Shown: positions 29,588 to 39,000 of the stretch, piece by piece
How the letters are laid out: each line of letters opens with the position of its first letter
Position numbering within the stretch: position 1 is the first letter of the stretch
IMG/VR virus record: IMGVR_UViG_3300031999_001882
Coordinates: 80,308 to 144,307 of that record
DNA length: 64,000 nucleotides
Origin: a virus
Strand: one strand, 5' to 3'
Translations under genes and position numbers: made by a program
Notes under the pieces: model-generated
What the model was told of the DNA's origin: nothing
What the model saw: only the letters and a program-made list of their open reading frames with translations
The model's database searches: none

Positions 29588-29902
29588 TCAGGTTCCTGCG
29601 TGTCTATAGACGAGCGACGCACTCACATCATTAACCCCGGCGCGGATCGTCTGGATCAAACTGTCTCGGATCACGGTCGTGATTGGCGGAAGCGGCGGGA
29701 GCTGTCCAATCACCGCCGACTCGCTCAGCATCGTCACTTCCTGCATCACGCTTCCCAAGCTGATACTGTTCTCCGTGTACGGTTGTGTGAACTGCAACTG
29801 CGTCGCTTCCGTGATATGGAGAAACGAAATGTCTGAAATCGGTATCGGCTGAGACTCTTTGGGGGCGGCCCCACCTCCAAAATTTATAAGGTCATCAGCC
29901 AC
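29588..29902 (-). CDS. Small protein of the ESAVIG paralog family
   Basis: LSESAVIGQLPPLPPIT...RAGVN. Confidence 0.6.
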   Translation of the reverse strand: MADDLINFGGGAAPKESQPIPISDISFLHITEATQLQFTQPYTENSISLGSVMQEVTMLSESAVIGQLPPLPPITTVIRDSLIQTIRAGVNDVSASLVYRHAGT

Positions 29903-30554
29903 AGGCGGCTCCGTTATGTCTCCGCGAATCTAAAACATCCCTGATTTCATATCCGCGCTTAATTCTGTGCGCTAAAGTATCAGCCGTCAAGCCAACCTCC
30001 TTGGCCCAATCTTGAAGAATCATTTTTCTTCCATCAAACTCAATCCAAACATTATCGCTTCTATTGCGAGCTTGCTCTGCAATCGTCGCCCAGCGAATGT
30101 TGCCGGGAACATAACCCTTGGAATTATCAATGCGATCTATGGAATGCTGTGGTGATGGCCTTCGGCCAATGGTACTTAAAAGATATTTCAAAAATTCTGG
30201 ATAAGAATTGCGCCATAGCTTATACACCTGAATGCCTTTTGCGCCATATTTTTCATAGCCCCCAGAATTTTTGCTGTGACATCTTTTTTTAATACCCATC
30301 CACAATGAATACTCTCGCGTGCTTTTGCCTACCTTTTTCTCTCCATGAATTGTAGCTCGCTTAGATGATACCTCTCTCCTTAAACACCCGCATGACCGAG
30401 AATGACAAGTTATTAAATTCGACTGCATGACGACTACGGACTTGCCGCATTCGCACTTACACAGCCATAATTGCCTTTTTCCACATTTATAGCGGATTAA
30501 CTTGTCTTTCCCGATAACAACGAGCCGACCAAAAACATCACCAGTCTTAATCAC
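29895..30554 (-). CDS. HNH homing endonuclease (start revised to GTG 30554)
   Basis: FGRLVV...WLCKCECG...SCGC...YGAKGI...SIDRIDNSKGYVPGNIRWAT...N; AT-rich. Confidence 0.88.
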   Translation of the reverse strand: MIKTGDVFGRLVVIGKDKLIRYKCGKRQLWLCKCECGKSVVVMQSNLITCHSRSCGCLRREVSSKRATIHGEKKVGKSTREYSLWMGIKKRCHSKNSGGYEKYGAKGIQVYKLWRNSYPEFLKYLLSTIGRRPSPQHSIDRIDNSKGYVPGNIRWATIAEQARNRSDNVWIEFDGRKMILQDWAKEVGLTADTLAHRIKRGYEIRDVLDSRRHNGAACG

Positions 30555-30645
30555 GATTCCTCTGGTTCCACTTTTCCGCCGCCCACCACCAAGCTCCCAG
30601 CACCCACGACAACGGCACAGCAATGATCTTGAGCAACAGCCTCAT
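30547..30645 (-). CDS. 32-aa Trp-rich hydrophobic peptide (not in ORF track)
   Basis: MRLLLKIIAVPLSWVLGAWWWAAEKWNQRNRD; ATGA overlap with upstream stop. Confidence 0.5.
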   Translation of the reverse strand: MRLLLKIIAVPLSWVLGAWWWAAEKWNQRNRD

Positions 30646-30827
30646 CCTTGTGTTTGGAGAGGTTTGACGGTGACCCGGTACTCTTGGCCCCTAAAGCTGA
30701 CCGTACCCTCGGCTCCATCTGCAAGATAGTTCGAGTTCGTAAGCCCACCACCAACTCCTTCTGCCAAAGCGTCAAGGCATTCCCTGACGTGCGTCTCCTG
30801 AATCTCGGCCACTTTGGTCCAGCTCAT
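30642..30827 (-). CDS. Small protein with MSWTKVA leader
   Basis: GGAGGGG RBS before ATG 30827; shared leader. Confidence 0.6.
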   Translation of the reverse strand: MSWTKVAEIQETHVRECLDALAEGVGGGLTNSNYLADGAEGTVSFRGQEYRVTVKPLQTQG

Positions 30828-30921
30828 CGGCCCCTCCCCACAAACCACGCCCCGACACACGCCACCATCCCGCCCAAAAACGGGAGGAGTTGTTCAAGAG
30901 GACACAAAACGCAGTAGAACT

Positions 30922-31404
30922 TCATCCTCTGAAATAAACAATGCCCTGCCGTGTCTGGGCAAAGCGTCCATCCGTCAAATAGGTATCCCAACCATCAGCA
31001 ATCACAAGCTCCTGCGCGGCTTCCTGCGCGTTAATGAGCGAGCTTTGGATAGAGATGATCCATGCTTGGTCAAACGATTCGGGGGTGGCTTCCAGCATCT
31101 TCTGGACGTGCGCCACCGCGACACGCTCTGCCTTATAGGTGTCCCAGAAGAAGCGGTACTCTTGGGCGCGGCAGGTGAATGTGCCGCCGTCCTTGTCCGC
31201 TTGGAAGTTTTCGATGTCCGTAGCCCGGCAACGAAGCGAACTCGCCAGATCAGCGCGGACGCTTTCATCGCTCAGCTCAGAGGCATCACGGATCAGACGG
31301 ATTGCGTCGCGGGTTTCAACCCCACGTTCCGCGAGCCGTTCAAGCCGTTCCAGCTTATCCTCGTATTGAGGTTCCATAATTTTCCGTTGAGTGTTCTCTC
31401 TCAC
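30922..31404 (-). CDS. Shorter paralog of 31405..32154
   Basis: LERLAExGVET..AI.LIR.ASELS...EYRFFWD..AERV...ADGW identical blocks; likely start MEPQ. Confidence 0.65.
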   Translation of the reverse strand: MRENTQRKIMEPQYEDKLERLERLAERGVETRDAIRLIRDASELSDESVRADLASSLRCRATDIENFQADKDGGTFTCRAQEYRFFWDTYKAERVAVAHVQKMLEATPESFDQAWIISIQSSLINAQEAAQELVIADGWDTYLTDGRFAQTRQGIVYFRG

Positions 31405-32154
31405 TCAGTTCTCTCTGAAATAGACCAGACCCTTGGGGGTCGTCTCGTAATTGCCGTCGTAATGGCTGACGAAATGCGGCCAGCCATCTGTGGACACCGC
31501 ATCCTGCGCCGCTTCGTCGGTGTCGATCATAATGAAGTTGGCCTTCATCAAATCTTCGATTGAATACATCCCGCGATCATGCACGAAATACTGAATCGGG
31601 TCGGCCAACTCTTTTTCCAGCTCCTCGGACTTTGTGCCGCGCACTTCTTCCTTGGCTTCTTCGGCAATAGTCACCATCCGAGCTTCATCCCCGGCGGTCT
31701 GTGCCTCCGCATACTCATCGGCCTTGCCCGCTTCTTCGATCAGCGTGGCTTCGTCAGCCACATTGTCCACATAATCGTCGGCTTCTTCGCCCGCGATGAT
31801 CCGACGGTCGGTATCCGAGATCGTGATATAACTCTGCAACCAGTCCTGATTGAAAATCTCAGGCTCAGACTCAAGATCATTCTTAACCTGTTCGACGGTC
31901 ACGCGCTCCGCCGTATCCTCATCCCAGAAAAATCGGTATTCAAAGCCGCTCTTAAATGTACCCCCATCTTGGTCCATTTCAAGGTCGGTGATCTCGTCAA
32001 CTTCAACGCCAAGGGCCGCCGCCAAGTCCGCGATGGTTTCTTCCTCGGACAATTCAGAAGCGTGCCGGATCAGGTCGATAGCCTCATCCGTCTCCACGCC
32101 CTTCTCGGCCAGCCGTTCCAACTGCGCGAGTCGCTTCTCTGCGGTGTTTTCCAT
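31405..32154 (-). CDS. Acidic hypothetical phage protein (start revised to MENT)
   Basis: C-terminal ID.DEAAQDAVSTDGWPHFVSHYDG motif. Confidence 0.7.
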   Translation of the reverse strand: MENTAEKRLAQLERLAEKGVETDEAIDLIRHASELSEEETIADLAAALGVEVDEITDLEMDQDGGTFKSGFEYRFFWDEDTAERVTVEQVKNDLESEPEIFNQDWLQSYITISDTDRRIIAGEEADDYVDNVADEATLIEEAGKADEYAEAQTAGDEARMVTIAEEAKEEVRGTKSEELEKELADPIQYFVHDRGMYSIEDLMKANFIMIDTDEAAQDAVSTDGWPHFVSHYDGNYETTPKGLVYFREN

Positions 32155-32155
32155 T

Positions 32156-32332
32156 TTATTTCCCTGTGTCCGGCTTCTCGTCCTTATAGAAGTAGTCCCG
32201 AACAAAATTAGTCAGCACTTCATTCGTCAAATCGTCGTAACCCTTACCCATCTCCCGCGCAATCTGGCTGAGCTGTTGGTCCAGCCATGTCGTGATCGGG
32301 ACATACGCCCGCTTACGACGTTCTTCCGGCAC
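32156..32332 (-). CDS. 58-aa ribbon-helix-helix-like DNA-binding protein (not in ORF track)
   Basis: MPEERRKRAYVPITTWLDQQLSQIAREMGKGYDDLTNEVLTNFV; GTG overlaps upstream TAG, stop adjacent to next ATG. Confidence 0.55.
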   Translation of the reverse strand: MPEERRKRAYVPITTWLDQQLSQIAREMGKGYDDLTNEVLTNFVRDYFYKDEKPDTGK

Positions 32333-32517
32333 TACTTCGCCGCTTTAACCGTCCCGGTCGAAATCTCTACGGTCTGAACAGCCACCTTCGCCGCTCTGTG
32401 CTTCTTGACCACAAACAGCAATGCGATTGCGGCCACCACTACGACTGCGATAACGATTTTCTTCACTCGACCCTCCTTAAAGCCGTGCGTCCGCCGCCCA
32501 ATGCCCATCTCCACCAT
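32332..32517 (-). CDS. Small membrane-anchored protein (likely GTG start at VKKIV)
   Basis: KKIVIAVVVVAAIALLFVVKK TM segment after AAGGAGG. Confidence 0.55.
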   Translation of the reverse strand: MVEMGIGRRTHGFKEGRVKKIVIAVVVVAAIALLFVVKKHRAAKVAVQTVEISTGTVKAAK

Positions 32518-33580
32518 TACGATCAGTTAGGACGGCTGTTTGAAACAAAATAGAGGTGTTCTCTCCGATTGGATTTGCTGATGTCGGATGATCTGTCCTT
32601 GTTGCTGTCGTATTACTCCACCAACCCCAAGACCCAGATACTCCTGCCACCGTATAAGTATTGAAGTTTGTTGGAACTGCTCTCTTTGGAACTTTATAAA
32701 TGACCATCACATCAACCTCATCGCCAATAACAAATACAGGTGCAAGACGATACATATTTATAGAAGTATTAGTCCCCGGCACAGTATCAAGCGCATAGCT
32801 TTTCTCAAAATACCTCTGACAAAGCTGAACCTCTATCGGGAACGGTCGATACTCGAACGGGGTCGCCGAAGAACCAAGCTCAAGCTGGACCCCGGTGATG
32901 TCAAAAGTGTTGCTGATTGTCGCCATCCAATTAACTTGATTTATTGAATTGGGTCGTCCGCTTGCGTTCCATTGATTCGGCGTGTCTGCAATACCTGAAT
33001 CTCTAGCTAAAACAAAATGGACCGCAAACCCCGCATTTACATCAGTCGCCCATGTGCCAGATGTATCGCCCGGATAAGTCAATGTGACGAGTTGCCACAC
33101 ATTTGCGCTTGTGATCGTATACTCTCGGATAAAACTTCTATTGGGCGATCCATTTTGAAGTGCCACGCAATAAGTTCCGGCCAAACTTGAGCGAACCCAA
33201 AACTGCAAAGACAATGTTTTCGCATTTACTGAACCGAATAAAAAATCCCTAACATTTAATCCTTCAATGCGTTGCTGAAACGTATAGTTGTCGTTGGATG
33301 TCAAGGGAGTACGAGCCGTCGATACAGTTGCTCGCAAATAGTAAGGAAATCCTGTTGGCGGAGTAGCCGTAGCGCGTTGAAGGGTAAAAACCCCCGCCGC
33401 ACTACGTCCATTCGCTATCCACATATCAGTAGAGCGAAAATCAGCAGTACCATTTACTGTTAAAGCTGTCCCGCCGTTGGCTTGGTCAATCGCCATCTCG
33501 CCATTGATGAGCCGATTGCGGCCCATCGACGGGAAGGCCGTTGTGTTAAAATCCAACGCTGGATTCAGTTGAGTGACCAT
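32477..33580 (-). CDS. Tail-fibre / receptor-binding-like protein with carbohydrate-binding domain
   Basis: RNRLING...DQ...GVQLELGSSATPFEYRP...E..LCQRYF, a common phage fibre domain signature. Confidence 0.75.
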   Translation of the reverse strand: MVTQLNPALDFNTTAFPSMGRNRLINGEMAIDQANGGTALTVNGTADFRSTDMWIANGRSAAGVFTLQRATATPPTGFPYYLRATVSTARTPLTSNDNYTFQQRIEGLNVRDFLFGSVNAKTLSLQFWVRSSLAGTYCVALQNGSPNRSFIREYTITSANVWQLVTLTYPGDTSGTWATDVNAGFAVHFVLARDSGIADTPNQWNASGRPNSINQVNWMATISNTFDITGVQLELGSSATPFEYRPFPIEVQLCQRYFEKSYALDTVPGTNTSINMYRLAPVFVIGDEVDVMVIYKVPKRAVPTNFNTYTVAGVSGSWGWWSNTTATRTDHPTSANPIGENTSILFQTAVLTDRNGGDGHWAADARL

Positions 33581-33582
33581 AG

Positions 33583-33744
33583 TTATTTACCCACCCATTT
33601 GCCGCTTGCCTTGCGCGGCTCTCCGCCGCCCTTCTTCCGGCTCCCGCAGGCTTGGTGATATTTGCCAAGCGACCCCGGCGTGCTCATGGCTTCCACGCCA
33701 CATTTGTCGCACACAACACGGATCGCCGCTTGGCTGACGCTCAT
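33583..33744 (-). CDS. 53-aa Zn-finger-like peptide (not in ORF track)
   Basis: MSVSQAAIRVVCDKCG...H..C; ATGA overlap. Confidence 0.5.
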   Translation of the reverse strand: MSVSQAAIRVVCDKCGVEAMSTPGSLGKYHQACGSRKKGGGEPRKASGKWVGK

Positions 33745-33983
33745 GCAGGCTCCTGCGGCGGCATCTGGCTCCGCGCCCCGCTATCTGGCGGCTCCGGCAG
33801 ATCAGAACCCAACAACGCCAAAGCATCATCAATCAAATCCCGCACCGCTTCGTTGCATTCGTCGGTGGTGTTATGGGCGCACTCGCCCGCCGTGTGCTTG
33901 TAGGCTTCCACCAACACCCTGATCGCCTGTCGTGTTTTCGGTTCGTTAGAAGCAGATGGCCCGGCTGTCTTGGTCCAGCTCAT
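33741..33983 (-). CDS. Small protein with MSWTKTA leader
   Basis: AGGAGG RBS; shared leader. Confidence 0.65.
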   Translation of the reverse strand: MSWTKTAGPSASNEPKTRQAIRVLVEAYKHTAGECAHNTTDECNEAVRDLIDDALALLGSDLPEPPDSGARSQMPPQEPA

Positions 33984-34180
33984 TGAAATCCTCCTGCTAC
34001 CGATCCCACAACCGCTTCGGCGGCTTCGATAGCCTCTATCACTTCGTCAAAATGATCGCCTTCCGGGTCTTTAATCAGGCCCCGGTCAACCAAATTTCGC
34101 ATGGCCGCCAGCGAAATCACCAACGCATTTTCGAGACTCTTTTCGCGGCCTGCTTCTGGTGCGGCTGTCTTAGTCCACAT
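33980..34180 (-). CDS. Small protein with MWTKTA leader (start revised)
   Basis: AGGAGG RBS before ATG 34180. Confidence 0.65.
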   Translation of the reverse strand: MWTKTAAPEAGREKSLENALVISLAAMRNLVDRGLIKDPEGDHFDEVIEAIEAAEAVVGSVAGGFQ

Positions 34181-34341
34181 TATCGAAATCCTCCTAGTAT
34201 GATTTTTTCTATCCCGCAATCACATCGACAAAGCCATTGAGTCGAAGTCGAACTGCCATACCGAACAGACGGCATCTTCTGTAAAACAAGCCATCTCCCA
34301 TAACGCTGTTTAGGATGAATGTAGCTGGATCGTCCAATCAT
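34180..34341 (-). pseudogene. Frameshifted, truncated HNH endonuclease remnant
   Basis: MIGRSSYIHPKQRYG then, after a frameshift, WLVL...QWLCRCDCGIEKII: the N-terminus of the 29895/60781 HNH family. Confidence 0.6.
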
Positions 34342-35732
34342 AAATGTCCGAGTTCAGTATCATGGCTCTGCTGTCGCTCTCTATAGAACAGCTTTCCAAG
34401 ACCTTCTTCTGTAAGGGCCATGATTTTGTTTTCATCCGACTTAAAAGTATCGTCAAAAACAATGCTTCCGTCGGCGATCACAAAAACTAAAAGACCAGCC
34501 TTTGTTCCTATGTCGGCAGATAGCGTATTGTCAACGATATCGACGATCACCGACATAATGGCGTTTGCCGAGAAGAATTGTTCGATATCTTCTCCCGGCA
34601 CTTGGACTTCGTTCTCTATTTTCTCAGCCAATTCTCTGCCATGATATTTGAAGCTCGATATTCGTAACGAAAAATTACGCAGAACTGAATTCTTCTGACG
34701 GATGTATTCGAGAATCTTGGAGACATTCTCGGTCATCGCCTTGTCCACATCCACTTCGTCGCGCTCTGCTTCAAAATACTCAGAAGGCGTGACCTGCTTG
34801 CGCTCGTCCTCAAACGGTTGCTTCTTCACATCTGTCTCGGCATCCATCAGCTTCTCAGAGAGGCCCGTCTCCATCGCTCTCTGCTGGGAATCGCCCGCAG
34901 GTTGCTCAGTCGGGGTGGCTTCGGTCGGCGTAAGCGCCACGCGAATCCACTCCGATTCCTTGGACGAGATATGACCCATTTCTTCCGCGCCCTTGAGCAT
35001 CGTGTCGATCTCGCGGTTGTCGCGTGCGTGCCGATATAAGTGCGTGTAGATGGCCGAAGCCCGCTCGCCCAGCTCTGCGGCCTGCAACAGAATGCTGGGG
35101 TTGTTCGAGTCCAGCGTGCTCAGCGCTTCGCCATCGTCCTTAAAGTCCTTCATCTGGTCTTTGGTGAGCGGTGCGTCAAAGAGCATTGCTTCCTTCACAT
35201 GATCCTTGAGTCCTTTGATCGCGTGATCGGAAGTCAGATACATCTCGACGACATCTCGCTGAGTATCGCCCTTCTGACCAAAAAGAGCGAAGCCCCAATT
35301 AAACGGATTTATGAAAAAATAATCGTACTTTTCTTTGCCCTTGGCTTCGCCCCATCCCATCGAGATTCCGGGGATGGTCGGAGGCGTGCTCAAGAACTTC
35401 GCCGGGTTCAGGAGATCGTAGGGGTGGATGCCCGTGAGATGCTTAAAAGCCCGCACGATCTCATCTCGCTGATAGCCGAGAGAAATCAGGTAGCCTTCCA
35501 TGAACTTGTAAGCAAAGCGGCCCTCATTGATGAGACGCTTTAAGTTTCTCTCAAGCTCAATGCGCTCCGGGCGCGTGTTGGTCCCGGCGTAATAGACATC
35601 AGCGTATTGATGGCTGATATTCCAGTCACGGGCGGAGGCGGTTCGTTTGGTCTTTTCCAATGCGTTAAGAACGGGGTCGAAGTCTCCCCCTTCAAAGTCG
35701 GTCACTTCATTTTCCAGCCAATTTTTAGACAT
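34338..35732 (-). CDS. Hypothetical multidomain protein, putative head-associated
   Basis: AGGAGG RBS; KRTAS motif after acidic N-terminal peptide. Confidence 0.7.
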   Translation of the reverse strand: MSKNWLENEVTDFEGGDFDPVLNALEKTKRTASARDWNISHQYADVYYAGTNTRPERIELERNLKRLINEGRFAYKFMEGYLISLGYQRDEIVRAFKHLTGIHPYDLLNPAKFLSTPPTIPGISMGWGEAKGKEKYDYFFINPFNWGFALFGQKGDTQRDVVEMYLTSDHAIKGLKDHVKEAMLFDAPLTKDQMKDFKDDGEALSTLDSNNPSILLQAAELGERASAIYTHLYRHARDNREIDTMLKGAEEMGHISSKESEWIRVALTPTEATPTEQPAGDSQQRAMETGLSEKLMDAETDVKKQPFEDERKQVTPSEYFEAERDEVDVDKAMTENVSKILEYIRQKNSVLRNFSLRISSFKYHGRELAEKIENEVQVPGEDIEQFFSANAIMSVIVDIVDNTLSADIGTKAGLLVFVIADGSIVFDDTFKSDENKIMALTEEGLGKLFYRERQQSHDTELGHL

Positions 35733-35748
35733 TAACCTGCCCTCCTAA

Positions 35749-35777
35749 AATATATGCTATTTTTATGCGCTTTACAA
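35749..35777 (-). promoter_or_regulatory. Putative sigma70-type promoter
   Basis: TTGTAA-17 nt-TATATT in AT-rich intergenic gap. Confidence 0.45.
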
Positions 35778-35804
35778 CTGGTGGTGTTCTTTTTTAACAC
35801 ACCC

Positions 35805-36032
35805 CTACCCGTTGCGTTGCCCGTTACTGCTTGCCACGGCTCTTAACGCCTTCAAAGTATCTTCATCCAGACGTGATCCTAAGCTGAAATCCAACCTCTC
35901 TGGCCGGGCTTGCGCCGGGCGCTCTTGTCTTACAAACGCCTGCGGCTGACGACGAACGACCTTCTGCATCGGCCTTACGGCCTGAGTCTTTCGATCTAAG
36001 AGTTCTACAGCCCGGTCGAGACTTCCCATCAT
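35805..36032 (-). CDS. Small hypothetical protein
   Basis: ATGA overlap with giant ORF stop. Confidence 0.55.
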   Translation of the reverse strand: MMGSLDRAVELLDRKTQAVRPMQKVVRRQPQAFVRQERPAQARPERLDFSLGSRLDEDTLKALRAVASSNGQRNG

Positions 36033-39000
36033 TTCGTTGGTTCGAGTTCTTTCTCAGCGATAGTAAATTGCGATCCAGTACGCTGGCCGTAAGAATCCAG
36101 CGTAATCACTTCATAGCTTTTGTCCGCAGAGATCGCAGAAGCCACACGCTTGATGATCTCGGCTTTGTCACCGGACACCAACCAGACGTGAGAGCCTTCC
36201 GCGAAGCGATACCCGGCGTTCTTGAAGAAGTCGGCTGTCGATTGAAGCTTCATAGAGAGCTTTTTGCGGCGAAGCTTCTTGGATTCTTTGTCCAGCTCCC
36301 ACGCGCTTCCTACAAGGTCCGAGGACTTGAACTGATCGAAGTAGCGGGCCGCACGCTGGGCGGCTTGCGCTGGCGGCAGATCGGACTTGGTAGCGATCTG
36401 ATCCAAGAGCGCAGTAACGGCGGCTTTGACATCGCCGCCTCTCAGGTAAGCTTCTTCGCCAGCCTTCCAGACCTTTGAAATGTCCATCATATTGATCTGG
36501 TAGCCATACACCGCATCTTGAATGAGGTGCGCCATCTCATCCTTTTGCTTGCGCGTAATCTTGCCGGGAACTGCCGCCTGTTTCTCCACAGATGTGTCGC
36601 CGCCGATAATCCCGTTCTCAACAAACTCGTCCTTCAATTCAGGGAACCGCTCGGCGAGCTGTTCAAAATAAGCCCCCCATTCAGCGAGTTCGCCGTAGCT
36701 GAGGTTCTGCTGACTCACCCAATTCTGCCAGCCTATCGCATAATCTCTGGCTTCTTGGGCAGTCTTGAGGACAGCATAGGGAGCCTTCTTGAGTTCTTTG
36801 GCCGCCGTGACTTCGGCAGTCGCAGGAGTGGCTTCGGCTTCCTTGGCCTTCTCCTCTTTGCGCTTGGCCCGGTCCTCCTGCTGTTCCTTGAGCCGCTTCT
36901 CCATCTTCTCAAGCGCGTCCACGGTTGACGCGATCTCTGAGGGGTCGGCTTTGTCCACATCCAAATCCTTGAGCTTGCGCCGGAGCGACTTCACCTGATC
37001 CGACAATCCTGATTCGACTTCCATGCTGGCCTCCTTTAACTCGAACGGTTCTTCTCCTGCATAGGTGAAGATGGTTTTGCCAGTCTCCGCCAAGTCCTCT
37101 AAAGGAGAACGCAACTCATACTGCGGATACCACCAAAACTTTGGCTTGCTTCCGAAATCAATCTCTCCGTTGTCATCCAAGCTTCCATCGGAGATGATGA
37201 GCGAATCAGTCAAAGCGCCGATCTGCTCTGGCCGAACTAACATATAGCCGTTGCCAAACATCGGCTCAAGATAATCCAGCAAACGCGAATCGCTCTGATC
37301 CTCAACATCCTGTCGGATTTCCTCTAAATCATCACCCGTTGCGGTGATCTCAAGATTCTTATTTGGCAGAACCTTCCAGCTTATACCGCCGCGAGCCTTC
37401 TTCTCCATTGACCCAAACGCACTCCCGGTCATAATACCCAGCGCCGCCTGCACGCCTCCGGCATCTGCCCCGGCCCCGATAAGCGCCTGCGAGATGATGT
37501 GAAGCATCACCTTGCCTTGGCTCTTATACTGGTCCAAGACCCCCATGTAATCGCCGTAGTGCCCCTTGGTGGTGGCGGGCTTGCTCTCGATGTGCTTGAC
37601 CATCTCGATGATGTCCGGGTCTTTCGACAGCATATCAATGGCCTGCTTAATCTTCTGCTCTCTGGACACTTCCGGCCCGCCGAAGCGATCTAAGCTGGCC
37701 GCCATCTCCATCGGCTCCTCCGGTTGTGCTTTGGCCTTGCCGATTTCCTCCGCATTGGCATCTTGCGCCTGCTGGATCGCGGCCTTGATTCCGGCCTCGT
37801 CGCCCTCAGTCGCATCACTCAAATAGCGGCGAATCTGGGTCTGAATCTTGGAGGTGGTCACCGAATACTTCTGCGTGTTGAAGAAGGTTTCTCCGGTGTT
37901 GCTTCGGAACACGATGGGGGTCGCATAGTTCACCAGCGCCCAGCCACCCGGATACTTCTGGATGGTCAAGTGCTCTGTGCCCCAGCGATCCCGCTTGTCT
38001 TTGGGGAACGAATCGTGCGCGAACATCTCAATAACCTGCTCGTTGGAGGCGGCCTCAACCTTCATTGCGGCGGTCGGCTTGCCCGGCCACTCATCGCCTT
38101 CGGACATCGCCACGCAGTTCGCGTGCGCGAAAGAAGTCGGCATCACTTCCCCCGGCTCAGATTTGGAATCCACGATCATATCCCCGGCCTCGATTGCGTT
38201 GCCGCATATCGGGCACGTCTCTCCGATCTCTCCTTCTTCGGCAGATCGCGCCTCTAGCTTGGAATAACACTCGTTACACAACGCTTCGTTAGGGTCATCG
38301 CCTTCGCCCCAGCCTTCCGGCATCTCCACGGGCTTCCCGCATTGAGGACACGACACGCGCTGAGCGGCCTTCTGCTTGCGCCAGCTCTTGAACTCCTCGC
38401 TGTTGCGAACTTCGTCGCTTTCCTTCTTCTCCGGCGACTCGCGCCACTTCTTGTCCTCGTCTTGGAGCCGCTTCACGTCCTTCTGATTCTTGGGATTGTG
38501 TTCCAGAGGAGGCCAGCCAGAAGCGTCAACCTTGGTCGGCATATTGTCCGGGTCACAGCCGCATTCGTTGACGATATCATTCATCTTGCCGCAGGTCGGG
38601 CACTTGTGAATCCCGGCTTTGCGGTCATGCTTCTCGGCCAGCTCCTTCTCGAAATCCGCCAGCTCCTTACAATCCTTGCACCAGCGCGAGCCTTTCTCGG
38701 CATCGGCCTTGTGACAGAGCGTGCACTTCTGGGCGGAGGTCACCACTTGAAGGCCGCCGTGGTCATCCAAGAACCAGATGGTCGGATAGAAATTGCCCTG
38801 ATCCACCGCTTTGACGGCGGCAATCAGCTCGTCCCACTCCGGCGACTCGGCGAGCTTCTTACCGCTCTGATAAGCGGCGTACATCCCGCCAAGCTGTCCT
38901 TCGGTCTGGATCACGATATCGTCCTCGGCAGGCTCCTGCATCTCCTCCGAGTCAAACTCCTCCACCTCGGCTTCGGCTGTGCGCTTGCTGGCTTTCTTCT

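Noticed and set aside
32477-33580. Diversity-generating retroelement target
   Set aside because: No reverse transcriptase and no adenine-variant template/variable repeat pair seen in the window.
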